From: a virus
Length of the DNA: 64,000 nucleotides
Direction: 5' to 3' (one strand)
Virus record (IMG/VR): IMGVR_UViG_3300044716_000844
Coordinates: 31,587-95,586 of that record
This document shows, piece after piece, positions 46,176 to 54,647 of the stretch. The translations under genes were made by a program, and so were the position numbers. The stretch's first letter is position 1; the number at the start of each line of letters is the position of its first letter. The notes below the pieces were generated by a model. It searched no databases, had not been told where the DNA came from, and worked only from the letters and a program-made list of their open reading frames with translations.

Positions 46176-46625
46176 ACTAATCAATACGACCCATTTTCTA
46201 TCGGCTTTGACAAATTCTTTGAAAGATTCAAAGAACTTCAGACTCAGACCGCTAAATCTATTACTTACCCGCCATATAACATCAAGAAGACCGCTGATAA
46301 CACTTATGTTATTGAGATGGCAGTTGCTGGTTTTGGTAAGCACGATATTGAGATTACACTCGATAAAAACACTTTGAAGATCGATGGCCACGTTAAGCGT
46401 GATGCTGACGACGAAAAGAACTATCTCTTCAAAGGAATCGCTGAGCGCCCGTTCAGCCGCGCTTTCACTCTTGCAGACACTGTTGAAATCAAGAATGCTG
46501 AGCTTATCAATGGTATGCTTCGTGTATGGCTTGACAACATTCTTCCAGAGAAGAAACCACGCAAGGTAAATATCACAGAGCCGAGCGAACCAAGCCAAGG
46601 TTCTTACGGCTACCTTAGCGAATAA
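46173..46625 (+). CDS. Small heat-shock protein (Hsp20 / IbpA-like)
   Basis: YPPYNIKK, IEMAVAGF, YLFKGIA.R.F.R.FTLA, A.L.NGML. Confidence 0.93.
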   Translation: MTNQYDPFSIGFDKFFERFKELQTQTAKSITYPPYNIKKTADNTYVIEMAVAGFGKHDIEITLDKNTLKIDGHVKRDADDEKNYLFKGIAERPFSRAFTLADTVEIKNAELINGMLRVWLDNILPEKKPRKVNITEPSEPSQGSYGYLSE

Positions 46626-46646
46626 CACAAAAATAAAAGACTAAAT

Positions 46647-46670
46647 CTTAGGGGACTTCGGTCCCCTAAG
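46647..46670 (+). terminator. Hairpin after hsp20
   Basis: CTTAGGGGAC-TTCG-GTCCCCTAAG; U-tract weak on +. Confidence 0.65.
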
Positions 46671-46673
46671 TAG

Positions 46674-46702
46674 TTGACACCTCATGCATGATGGTGTATA
46701 GT
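46674..46702 (+). promoter_or_regulatory. Sigma70-type promoter for DNA polymerase
   Basis: TTGACA-N17-TATAGT. Confidence 0.8.
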
Positions 46703-46729
46703 GGTACTAATTATATCATAGGAGTTTGA

Positions 46730-49246
46730 ATGTCGTTTTATACTTCAGTCCATCGTATGGGTGGCAGCATTTTGTACCGCGGTTATACTGACAACGGCAC
46801 TCGCATTCACGAAAAGGTAAAGTTTGCACCAACGTTCTTTGTGAACACGAGTGCTGACCGCTGGACCGGCGAGTGGACTGCTCTTGATGGTACTCGTGTT
46901 GAACCTATCAAATTTGGATCTATCAACGACGCAAAAGAGTTTATCGAAACAAATGGTGATGTCGATAACTTTAAAGTCTTTGGTAACAACAACTACGTTG
47001 CACAGTTTATCAATGAACGGTTTCCAGGTAACATTGAAGCAGATCTTCGCCATGTTGCAATTGGTAACATCGATATCGAAGTTCAATCTGACGACGGCTT
47101 TCCATATCCAGAACAAGCAGCGTATCCTGTTACTTCTATCACCATGAAAAACAGTAAGAGCTCAATCTACCATGTATGGGGATTGAAGAACTATGACGCA
47201 TCTAAGTGTGAAACTGTACCTGAAGGCTGTATGGTTCGTTATGTCAAGTGCTCAAACGAAGGCGAACTTCTCATGAAGTTCTTGACCTATTGGGAAGAAC
47301 ACTATCCAGATGTTATCACCGGTTGGAACGTAAGACTCTTTGACATTCCGTATCTCGTTAATCGCATTAAGCGCCTTCTCAATGAGGATTGGGCAAAGAA
47401 GCTATCGCCTTGGAACATCGTGAACTATCGCCAGATCGGTGTGAAAGGTAAGTCTCTTGACGCTTACGAGATCTACGGCGTACATCAGCTCGATTACATG
47501 GATCTGTTCCAAAAGTTTGGATATGTGTACGGGCCACAAGAATCGTATTCACTTAATCATATCTGCCATGTAATCCTCGGTGAGAAAAAGCTATCGTATG
47601 AAGAGTACGGTTCGCTTCATAACCTTTACGAACAAGACCACCAGAAGTTCATCGACTATAACATCCGCGACGTTGTTCTTGTTGATAAGCTTGAAGAACA
47701 AACTGGTCTTCTTGCCCTTGCACTCATCATTGCATACAAAGGTGGCGTGAACTATCCAGATACTCTTGGCACCACAGCTATCTGGGATTCGATCATCTAT
47801 CGGTATCTGAGTGAAAAGAAGATTGCTATTCCACCATCAACTGAAAAGCACCGTCCGGAGTATCCTGGTGGTTATGTGAAAGATCCTCAGGTTGGCCGTC
47901 ACGAGTGGGTAGTATCGTTCGACTTGAACTCTCTGTATCCGATGACGATTGTTCAATACAACATGTCGCCTGAGACTATCGTTGAGAACGCTTCGTATGG
48001 TATGCCATGTGATGTAGACTTCTACCTGAAAGGTGTTGAGCTACCACAAGAGATCCGAGATATGAACGTAGCGGTTGCTGCAAACGGCGCAATGTTCAGA
48101 AAGGATAAGCAAGGATTCCTTCCCGAGATCATTGAGAGCTACTATGCTGAACGTAAAGCGACAAAAAAGAAGATGCTTGGTGTAAAGCAAAAGTATGAAG
48201 AGACTCATGCTGACGATCTTAAGCGTGAGATGAACCAGCTTGACAATACTCAACAAGCAATTAAAATTCTTATGAACTCACTTTATGGTGCTTTGGGTAA
48301 TAAATACTTCAGATACTTCGATATTCGTATTGCAGAAGGTATTACTCTTTCTGGCCAGCTATCTATTCGTTGGGCTGAAAAGCACATGAATATCGCCATG
48401 AACAAGATCATGAACACCACCGCAATTGACTATGTTCTCTATATGGATACAGACTCGCTGTATCTTAACATGGCTCCACTTGTCAAGCAAGTAAAACCTG
48501 CAGATGCTGTAGCCTTCCTCGATAAAGCATGTGACCAAAGGTTCGAAAAGGTTCTCGAGAATGCTTATGGTATTCTTTTTGAACAACAGAACGCCTTTAA
48601 GAATACGATGGTGATGAAGCGAGAAGCTATTGCTGATGCTGGTATCTGGACAGCAAAGAAGCGGTATATCCTCAACGTTCATAACTCAGAAGGTGTTCAA
48701 TACGCCGAACCTAAACTGAAAATCATGGGCATCGAAGCTGTGAAGTCTTCTACACCAGCAGTTGTTCGTGGTAAGTTTAAAGAAGCTTATCGTATCATGT
48801 TGAGTGGTTCTGAAAGTGATCTTCAAAAGTTTGTGTCTGACTTCTATGAAGTGTTTAAGAGTCTTGCGCCTGAAGAAGTCAGCTTCCCTCGTGGTGTAAG
48901 TGAAATCGCTAAATGGCGAGCAAGTGGCGCATTGGTCCAGAGTGGATGTCCAATTCATGTTCGTGGCGCTATCGTTTATAATCACCATGTGAAAGAACTT
49001 AAGCTTCGTGACGATGAGATTAAAGACGGGAACAAGGTAAAGTTCTGTTATCTGAAGATGCCAAACCCTATTGGTTCGAATGTAATCGCATTCCCACAGT
49101 TCCTACCTAAAGAGTTGAATGCTCATCGATATATCGACTATGACACACAATTTAACAAGACGTTTAAGGAACCCTTGAAGCTCGTATCCGACGCTATCAA
49201 ATGGGAACTTGAATATCGTAACACATTGGAGAGTTTCTTTGCCTAA
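46730..49246 (+). CDS. gp43: Family B DNA polymerase gp43
   Basis: Exo DIEV, GWNV..FDIPY; pol SFDLNSLYP, KILMNSLYGALGN, YMDTDS, KKRY. Confidence 0.97.
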   Translation: MSFYTSVHRMGGSILYRGYTDNGTRIHEKVKFAPTFFVNTSADRWTGEWTALDGTRVEPIKFGSINDAKEFIETNGDVDNFKVFGNNNYVAQFINERFPGNIEADLRHVAIGNIDIEVQSDDGFPYPEQAAYPVTSITMKNSKSSIYHVWGLKNYDASKCETVPEGCMVRYVKCSNEGELLMKFLTYWEEHYPDVITGWNVRLFDIPYLVNRIKRLLNEDWAKKLSPWNIVNYRQIGVKGKSLDAYEIYGVHQLDYMDLFQKFGYVYGPQESYSLNHICHVILGEKKLSYEEYGSLHNLYEQDHQKFIDYNIRDVVLVDKLEEQTGLLALALIIAYKGGVNYPDTLGTTAIWDSIIYRYLSEKKIAIPPSTEKHRPEYPGGYVKDPQVGRHEWVVSFDLNSLYPMTIVQYNMSPETIVENASYGMPCDVDFYLKGVELPQEIRDMNVAVAANGAMFRKDKQGFLPEIIESYYAERKATKKKMLGVKQKYEETHADDLKREMNQLDNTQQAIKILMNSLYGALGNKYFRYFDIRIAEGITLSGQLSIRWAEKHMNIAMNKIMNTTAIDYVLYMDTDSLYLNMAPLVKQVKPADAVAFLDKACDQRFEKVLENAYGILFEQQNAFKNTMVMKREAIADAGIWTAKKRYILNVHNSEGVQYAEPKLKIMGIEAVKSSTPAVVRGKFKEAYRIMLSGSESDLQKFVSDFYEVFKSLAPEEVSFPRGVSEIAKWRASGALVQSGCPIHVRGAIVYNHHVKELKLRDDEIKDGNKVKFCYLKMPNPIGSNVIAFPQFLPKELNAHRYIDYDTQFNKTFKEPLKLVSDAIKWELEYRNTLESFFA

Positions 49247-49514
49247 AACAATAAAAGACTTTGACGATGACTTTGGGTTTTCTATGGTTGACACTGAAGA
49301 GATCCTGAGTTATAATCAACCTGAGATTAACACTCTTTCGGCTGAGAACGAAGACCTTCGTCTTAGACTCGAAAAGATGTACAAAGCTATTGATAAACTG
49401 CTTACAAATCTGTCAAAAAATCCAGAACAAGAATTAATTAAATGGCCGAACAGACTTGAGCGAATCGCAGAGTTTCGTATCAAGCTGGAACGCATTCGTA
49501 AAGGAGAAGAATAA
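49239..49514 (+). CDS. Conserved small protein upstream of uvsX (probable TTG start)
   Basis: DDFGFS, LL.NL.KNPE...IKWPNR; GGAG before TTG. Confidence 0.6.
   Translation: MPKTIKDFDDDFGFSMVDTEEILSYNQPEINTLSAENEDLRLRLEKMYKAIDKLLTNLSKNPEQELIKWPNRLERIAEFRIKLERIRKGEE
49288..49316 (+). promoter_or_regulatory. Perfect sigma70 promoter for uvsX (intragenic)
   Basis: TTGACA-N17-TATAAT. Confidence 0.8.
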
Positions 49515-50590
49515 TGTCGTTAATGGATAAATTGCTCAAGGCATCTACGGTCAAGATGACCGCGCCATTGCTCGATTCAAAGGTGTTTGGTAAGAAAGAA
49601 ATGGTGCCAACGCAAGTTCCTATGGTGAACGTTGCACTATCTGGCAGTGTTGACGGTGGGCTTTTGCCGGGTCTCACAATGCTTGCAGGGCCTTCGAAAC
49701 ACTTTAAGTCAGCCTTTGCATTGCTTATGGCTGCAGCATATCAAAAGAAGTATGATGACGCAATCATTCTCTTCTATGACTCAGAATTTGGTACTCCTCA
49801 AGCGTACTTTGAAGCGTTTGGTGTTGACATGGCGCGAGTCATTCATACTCCTATCACGAATATTGAAGAGCTGAAGTTCGATATTGTTCAGCAGCTTGAA
49901 GCTATCGAGAAGAAAGATCACGTCATTATCGTTATCGACTCGATTGGTAACCTTGCATCGAAGAAAGAAGTCGATGATGCTGCTGATGGTAAATCGGTTG
50001 CAGACATGTCTCGGGCAAAGCAGTTGAAGTCGGTCTTCCGTATCGTCACTCCTCACTTGAACCTGAAAGACATTCCAATGGTTGTGGTCAACCACATCTA
50101 CATGGAACAAGGTCTGTATCCGAAGGCAATCGTCTCGGGTGGTACTGGTATCTACCTGTCGGCTGACAATATCTGGATTCTTGGTCGTCAGCAAGAAAAA
50201 GAAGGCACTGAGATCAAGGGCTATCACTTCGTGATTAACATCGAGAAGTCTCGTCACGTTCGTGAGAAGTCAAAGATTCCGATCACTGTTACCTTTGATG
50301 GTGGTATTGCTAAATGGTCTGGTTTGATGGAAGTCGCTGAAGAAGGCGGGTTCTTGCGTAAACCAAAAGTTGGTTGGTATGAAGCAGTCGATCCTGAAAG
50401 CGGTGAAGTACTCTCGGATAAATTGCTTCGTGCAAAAGAGATTGCTGACAACGGTGTATTCTGGAAAATGATGTTTGACAAAACTGGATTTGCAGAGTAT
50501 ATTAAGAACAAATACACTGTTGCAACTCGTACTCTTATTAACGATGACGAGGCACACGTTGATATTGACGACGAAGATCTTGAAGACTGA
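49514..50590 (+). CDS. uvsX: RecA-like recombinase UvsX
   Basis: LAGPSKHFKS, FYDSEFG, IDSIGNLASKKE, DMSRAK. Confidence 0.96.
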   Translation: MSLMDKLLKASTVKMTAPLLDSKVFGKKEMVPTQVPMVNVALSGSVDGGLLPGLTMLAGPSKHFKSAFALLMAAAYQKKYDDAIILFYDSEFGTPQAYFEAFGVDMARVIHTPITNIEELKFDIVQQLEAIEKKDHVIIVIDSIGNLASKKEVDDAADGKSVADMSRAKQLKSVFRIVTPHLNLKDIPMVVVNHIYMEQGLYPKAIVSGGTGIYLSADNIWILGRQQEKEGTEIKGYHFVINIEKSRHVREKSKIPITVTFDGGIAKWSGLMEVAEEGGFLRKPKVGWYEAVDPESGEVLSDKLLRAKEIADNGVFWKMMFDKTGFAEYIKNKYTVATRTLINDDEAHVDIDDEDLED

Positions 50591-50600
50591 TAGAACTATA

Positions 50601-50627
50601 ACTGGTGGCAGATTCGCTGCCACCAGT
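50601..50627 (+). other. 11 bp intergenic hairpin between uvsX and gp41
   Basis: ACTGGTGGCAG-ATTCG-CTGCCACCAGT. Confidence 0.6.
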
Positions 50628-50647
50628 CCAATTGATATGAGGTATGT

Positions 50648-52090
50648 ATGATCGAACAAACAATCTTAGCAGGTATGATTCATAATGAAGGTTATGTAAG
50701 AACGGTCTTGCCTTTCCTGAAAGACGAGTACTTCGAGGATCAAAACGAAAAGTTTATTTACACTACGATTAAGTCGTACATCGATCAATACAACGGATTG
50801 CCTACTCTTTCGGCTTTGAAGATTGCAATCGATGCATCGAATTCATTGAATGAAGAACGGTACAAACAAGTCAATACAACTCTTGATTCGTTGACTTACG
50901 ACGAAAAGACTGACATGACTTGGTTGGTTGATACGACCGAAAAGTTCTGTCAAGACAAAGCGATCTATAACGCAGTTCGTCAATCAATCCTTGTTCTCGA
51001 TGGTAAGATTAAAGATCTTGATAAGGGTGCAATCCCAGAACTATTGAGTGATGCTCTCGGTGTAAGCTTTGATACAAATGTTGGTCATGACTTCCTTGAA
51101 AATGCAGATGAGCGCTTTGACTTCTATCATCGAGTAGAAGAGAAGCTTGAGTTTGATCTTGAGTACTTCAACAAGATCACAAAGGGTGGCCTAAGTAAAA
51201 AGTCTCTGTCGGTTGCTCTTGCAGGCACTGGTGTTGGTAAGACTTTGTTCATGACTCATTGCGCTGCAGCATCTCTATCTGCTGGTAAGAACGTTCTCTA
51301 CATCACCATGGAAATGGCTGAAGAACGAATCGCCGAACGTATCGATTCAAATCTTCTTGATGTAACTCTTGACGATCTTCGTCTGCTTCCAAAGCCTATC
51401 TACAACTCGAAGATTGAAAAGATAAAGGCGAGAACAGTAGGCAAACTTATCGTGAAGGAATACCCTACGAGTTCTGCAGGTGCAAATCACTTTCGTCACC
51501 TGTTGAATGAATTGAAGCTAAAGAAAAACTTTGTGCCCGATGTTATCTTCATCGATTACTTAAACATCTGTATGAGTGCTCGGTTGAAACATGGTGCTAA
51601 CATGAACTCGTATATGATGATTAAAGCGATTGCAGAAGAGCTTCGTGGTCTTGCAATGGAGTTCAACGTTCCAGTTATGACTGCTACTCAGACCACTCGT
51701 TCTGGTTATGGTAACTCTGATGTCGAGTTAACCGATACATCAGAATCGTTCGGTCTACCTGCAACTGCCGACTTCATGTTTGCACTTATTTCGACAGAAG
51801 ATCATGAGAGCCGTGGTCAGCTTCTCGTCAAACAGCTGAAGAACCGTTGGGGTAGTGTTGATAGCCCTAAACGATTCGTTGTCGGTATCGACCGCTCAAA
51901 GATGCGCCTGTTTGATGTCGAAGAGTCTGCTCAAGAAGGTATCACTGGTGGGCCAAAACAACAAGATCGACCTATATTTGATGGTTCTTCTATGGTGCAA
52001 GACTCAGACTTTCAGCCAGATCATGACTTTGAACCGCAGCGACTAAGCAGCTTTAAGAAAAAGAAACCGAATTTTGGAGGGTTTAACTGA
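50648..52090 (+). CDS. gp41: Replicative helicase gp41
   Basis: AGTGVGKT, ITMEMAEERI, IDYLNIC, TATQT.R, SESFGLPATAD, KQLKNR. Confidence 0.96.
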   Translation: MIEQTILAGMIHNEGYVRTVLPFLKDEYFEDQNEKFIYTTIKSYIDQYNGLPTLSALKIAIDASNSLNEERYKQVNTTLDSLTYDEKTDMTWLVDTTEKFCQDKAIYNAVRQSILVLDGKIKDLDKGAIPELLSDALGVSFDTNVGHDFLENADERFDFYHRVEEKLEFDLEYFNKITKGGLSKKSLSVALAGTGVGKTLFMTHCAAASLSAGKNVLYITMEMAEERIAERIDSNLLDVTLDDLRLLPKPIYNSKIEKIKARTVGKLIVKEYPTSSAGANHFRHLLNELKLKKNFVPDVIFIDYLNICMSARLKHGANMNSYMMIKAIAEELRGLAMEFNVPVMTATQTTRSGYGNSDVELTDTSESFGLPATADFMFALISTEDHESRGQLLVKQLKNRWGSVDSPKRFVVGIDRSKMRLFDVEESAQEGITGGPKQQDRPIFDGSSMVQDSDFQPDHDFEPQRLSSFKKKKPNFGGFN

Positions 52091-52299
52091 TGGGCTACCG
52101 CGTAAATGAAAACAACAACTCGTTTGAGATCGTTGAAAAAGGATCCGAATTGATTGTAGCTCGTAGAAATGATAAGGATGCAGCAACGAAACTTTGTCGT
52201 TCGTTGAACTTAGGTTCTGGGTTCGATGGATTCACTCCACCGTTCTTTACACTCAAGTATCCAGATGATCATGCAAAAGGAAATACCGCTCAAACTTAA
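52090..52299 (+). CDS. Small conserved hypothetical protein (69 aa)
   Basis: TGATG coupling; LNLGSGFDGFTPPFF. Confidence 0.65.
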   Translation: MGYRVNENNNSFEIVEKGSELIVARRNDKDAATKLCRSLNLGSGFDGFTPPFFTLKYPDDHAKGNTAQT

Positions 52300-52313
52300 T
52301 TGAGCGGTATTTC
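52275..52313 (-). terminator. 14 bp perfect hairpin; U-tract on the minus strand
   Basis: GAAATACCGCTCAA-N6-TTGAGCGGTATTTC, with AAAA at 52275-52278 on +. Confidence 0.7.
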
Positions 52314-52445
52314 ACCGTGCACGATACGTGAATGTTGGGCGGAACCCCACCGGCATTCTTGATGCGACCCCAACTGTTCCATCTGTGATTTTGTATGCTA
52401 TCACACTTGCCTCTACGTTAATTAACGTGATTACACGCACCCATA
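52275..52445 (-). ncRNA. Candidate structured non-coding RNA (late, antisense orientation)
   Basis: Minus-strand TATAAATA at 52450-52457, terminator at the other end, several helices and a pseudoknot, no meaningful ORF. Confidence 0.55.
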
Positions 52446-52449
52446 CGAT

Positions 52450-52457
52450 TATTTATA
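52450..52457 (-). promoter_or_regulatory. Late promoter TATAAATA on the minus strand
   Basis: + strand TATTTATA. Confidence 0.65.
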
Positions 52458-52477
52458 CAAAAAGTGTGCTCGGGCTA

Positions 52478-52505
52478 TTGACATTACTAAAAAAATGTTT
52501 ATATT
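52478..52505 (+). promoter_or_regulatory. Early sigma70-type promoter
   Basis: TTGACA-N16-TATATT. Confidence 0.6.
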
Positions 52506-52537
52506 ACTACTATAAGCAGAGCAAAGGTAGAACAACC

Positions 52538-52756
52538 ATGATGACCTTCGAACAGACCGGAACCGTCTTCACCGCCACCAACTCGATTAAGCCGGTGATT
52601 ATCAACAAGAACCATGCCAACCAATACATGCTCTTCACCCCCGAAGGTCGTCTGCTTGACAACTTCACCTCGGCCGGCCCTTTCGTAGACTTCGAAACAG
52701 CCAAACGTAATGCAGAATGCAACGTTGGTATGGCAATGAACTGGAGTGACTTCTAA
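52538..52756 (+). CDS. Hypothetical early protein (72 aa; start revised from 52328)
   Basis: Promoter and AAAGGT RBS precede ATG 52538. Confidence 0.65.
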   Translation: MMTFEQTGTVFTATNSIKPVIINKNHANQYMLFTPEGRLLDNFTSAGPFVDFETAKRNAECNVGMAMNWSDF

Positions 52757-52815
52757 TGACTGCTTTAATCATCCCCGTTATCTTTTTAATTGTAATCGTG
52801 TTTGGCCTTCTTTGA
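52756..52815 (+). CDS. 19 aa hydrophobic peptide MTALIIPVIFLIVIVFGLL
   Basis: TAATG coupling, GGAG RBS; hand translation. Confidence 0.45.
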   Translation: MTALIIPVIFLIVIVFGLL

Positions 52816-52827
52816 GGAAACGAACTA

Positions 52828-53523
52828 ATGGTTAACGTATATCCAATCACTGGCAAAGTATGGTATCGCGAAAGCACAGATGAGTGGGTGCTAGAGCTGG
52901 AAGGCTCTATCAATGATACCCACTTCATTAGTCGCCACACCGAACCTGGTAACATTGCTCCAGAAGATGTTGCAGGACTACCTTCGCTGTATAAAGAGGA
53001 AACAAAACTAATGACTGACGATCCGAAGTGTGTTGCGGGGTGCATTGTGTTCTACGGCGGCGAAAGGAAGCATCACAAAGACTGCCCGTATTACCCAGAA
53101 AGTCTAACGAAGGTGAATGCCGACCGCATCGAAGCCCTTGAAAAGGCCCTAAAGGATCAATCTTCTGTCTCTGATCGACTTGCTGAAAGGCTGCACAAGA
53201 CCGAAGGTCTCTTGGCAAAGGCGGTGGAGGATCGGGATCACTGGTCGGATGTCGCTCACCGAGAGGGTGTGTGCATGACCTGTCGCGGTCCCCACGGCGC
53301 ACTAGAGTCGTATGGCTGCACGGATTGCCTAAACACTGGCTATTGTGGAGAACACCACAACACCGTGGCTGACCTCGAAGCCAAGCTGGCGAAGGCGGTG
53401 GAGGCTTTGCGTTTTTACGCATGGGAGAACGAGATAAGACTACCTAGCGACGGCCCGTGGGGTGCAGGCAGCACGGATTTCGGCAAGGCCGCCCGCACCA
53501 TCCTCGCAGAGATCAAAGGGTAG
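52828..53523 (+). CDS. Mosaic hypothetical protein (231 aa) with Cys-rich segments
   Basis: RBS GAGG; GC-rich 3' part. Confidence 0.6.
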   Translation: MVNVYPITGKVWYRESTDEWVLELEGSINDTHFISRHTEPGNIAPEDVAGLPSLYKEETKLMTDDPKCVAGCIVFYGGERKHHKDCPYYPESLTKVNADRIEALEKALKDQSSVSDRLAERLHKTEGLLAKAVEDRDHWSDVAHREGVCMTCRGPHGALESYGCTDCLNTGYCGEHHNTVADLEAKLAKAVEALRFYAWENEIRLPSDGPWGAGSTDFGKAARTILAEIKG

Positions 53524-53527
53524 TGCC

Positions 53528-53629
53528 ATGAAGACTTGCCCACCATGCAATAACGATTGTAATCAGGGCCGTGATTGCCCACAACGCAAACCGAAGGATG
53601 TTTCGACAAAAATTCAACAAACCAGTTGA
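53528..53629 (+). CDS. 33 aa Cys-rich peptide (CPPCNNDCNQGRDCP)
   Basis: Hand translation; follows upstream stop by 4 nt. Confidence 0.5.
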   Translation: MKTCPPCNNDCNQGRDCPQRKPKDVSTKIQQTS

Positions 53630-53654
53630 CATTTGGTTTGAAGTATCTTATATA
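53626..53654 (+). promoter_or_regulatory. Early sigma70-type promoter with -35 inside an inverted repeat
   Basis: TTGACA-N17-TATATA; CAAACCA/TGGTTTG. Confidence 0.65.
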
Positions 53655-53682
53655 GATCTAGTAGAAGCAAAGAGGAAAAGCC

Positions 53683-53856
53683 ATGCTACTCGATACGTCT
53701 GTTACCGTCGGCCAAAACGTTCGCGCGTTCCTTAATAAGAATGCACGTGGAAAGGTTGTCGCAGTCAACGGTTCGCTGTTGACAGTTCAGTGGGAAGGTG
53801 GTAATATGGTAGAAGTTAATCGGTTCAGTGTTATCGTTATGAAACCTGGGTACTAA
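53683..53856 (+). CDS. Hypothetical protein (57 aa, SH3/KOW-like pattern)
   Basis: RBS GAGG; hand translation MLLDTSVTVGQNV... Confidence 0.55.
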   Translation: MLLDTSVTVGQNVRAFLNKNARGKVVAVNGSLLTVQWEGGNMVEVNRFSVIVMKPGY

Positions 53857-53866
53857 GGAGCAACGA

Positions 53867-54031
53867 ATGCAAACTGTACGTGAACTTATCGAAGAAGCTA
53901 TCACAGAAGCTCGCATCATGGAGGCTGCTCGAGAAGTATTCGATGTAGATAACATGCTGCTCACCGCAATGCGCTTGAGTGGTGCACCGTATTCCTTTGT
54001 CGAAACTGTATACGAGCGAGCATCAGCATGA
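53867..54031 (+). CDS. Hypothetical protein (54 aa)
   Basis: RBS AAGGAG; hand translation MQTVRELIEE... Confidence 0.55.
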   Translation: MQTVRELIEEAITEARIMEAAREVFDVDNMLLTAMRLSGAPYSFVETVYERASA

Positions 54032-54351
54032 ACTACTTTGGAGCTACATACACCAAAAGCCGGGATCCTACTGATATCTACTATAAGCGCATTCTTGAGA
54101 TGATGCGTGATTACAAACTATCAATGCAAGATGCGATCAACTGGGATATGGATGGCTTTATGCCATACCCTTCTCGTGGAATGATTCTTACTGATGAAGA
54201 AGAGATTGACTTTTATCTTCACATAAATTATATTCCAGCTGATAGCCGTACATTCTTCACAGGAGTTGCCCTTGGCTTTTATGACTATACACTCGAAGAC
54301 AAAGAAGAGGAAACCGACCAAGAGGATGATCGAAGCACAAGCACGCCATGA
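54028..54351 (+). CDS. Hypothetical protein (107 aa)
   Basis: ATGA coupling. Confidence 0.55.
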   Translation: MNYFGATYTKSRDPTDIYYKRILEMMRDYKLSMQDAINWDMDGFMPYPSRGMILTDEEEIDFYLHINYIPADSRTFFTGVALGFYDYTLEDKEEETDQEDDRSTSTP

Positions 54352-54601
54352 CGAATGGCTTGCCTCGATTGGAGTGAATGGTCGTAAGACACTGAAAGGT
54401 GTTGAGCATGTAAATCTTCGTGAAGGTATTGTTGAGAACGCACAGCTCACGAATGGTATTGCTGGTAACGGTACAAAGAAAGAAGCTAACGTATACACTG
54501 GCGACTACATCATGGGTATCGCCACTATGCACAAGTCAAACGCTGTCCCGATTACAAGCGGCCAACAAGCTATTGAAGTATCGCAGATGAGGAGGAACTA
54601 A
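54281..54601 (+). CDS. Conserved T4-like hypothetical protein
   Basis: YTG...GIATMHKSNAVP...MRR motif. Confidence 0.65.
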   Translation: MTIHSKTKKRKPTKRMIEAQARHDEWLASIGVNGRKTLKGVEHVNLREGIVENAQLTNGIAGNGTKKEANVYTGDYIMGIATMHKSNAVPITSGQQAIEVSQMRRN

Positions 54602-54616
54602 GGTTCCTCCTTTTTT
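54591..54616 (+). terminator. Rho-independent terminator
   Basis: GGAGGAAC-TAAG-GTTCCTCC + T6. Confidence 0.85.
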
Positions 54617-54623
54617 ATAAATA
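54616..54623 (+). promoter_or_regulatory. Late promoter TATAAATA
   Basis: Exact consensus abutting the terminator. Confidence 0.8.
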
Positions 54624-54647
54624 CTTCAAATGAACTGAGAGGTTGTT

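Noticed and set aside
12011-52090. Introns, inteins or homing endonucleases in core genes
   Set aside because: gp17, gp20, gp23, gp43, gp41, uvsW and uvsX are uninterrupted and of normal length; no HNH, GIY-YIG or LAGLIDADG motif recognised.
52328-52756. 142 aa ORF starting at GTG 52328
   Set aside because: The 5' part spans the structured minus-strand element and a promoter; ATG 52538 has the promoter and RBS.
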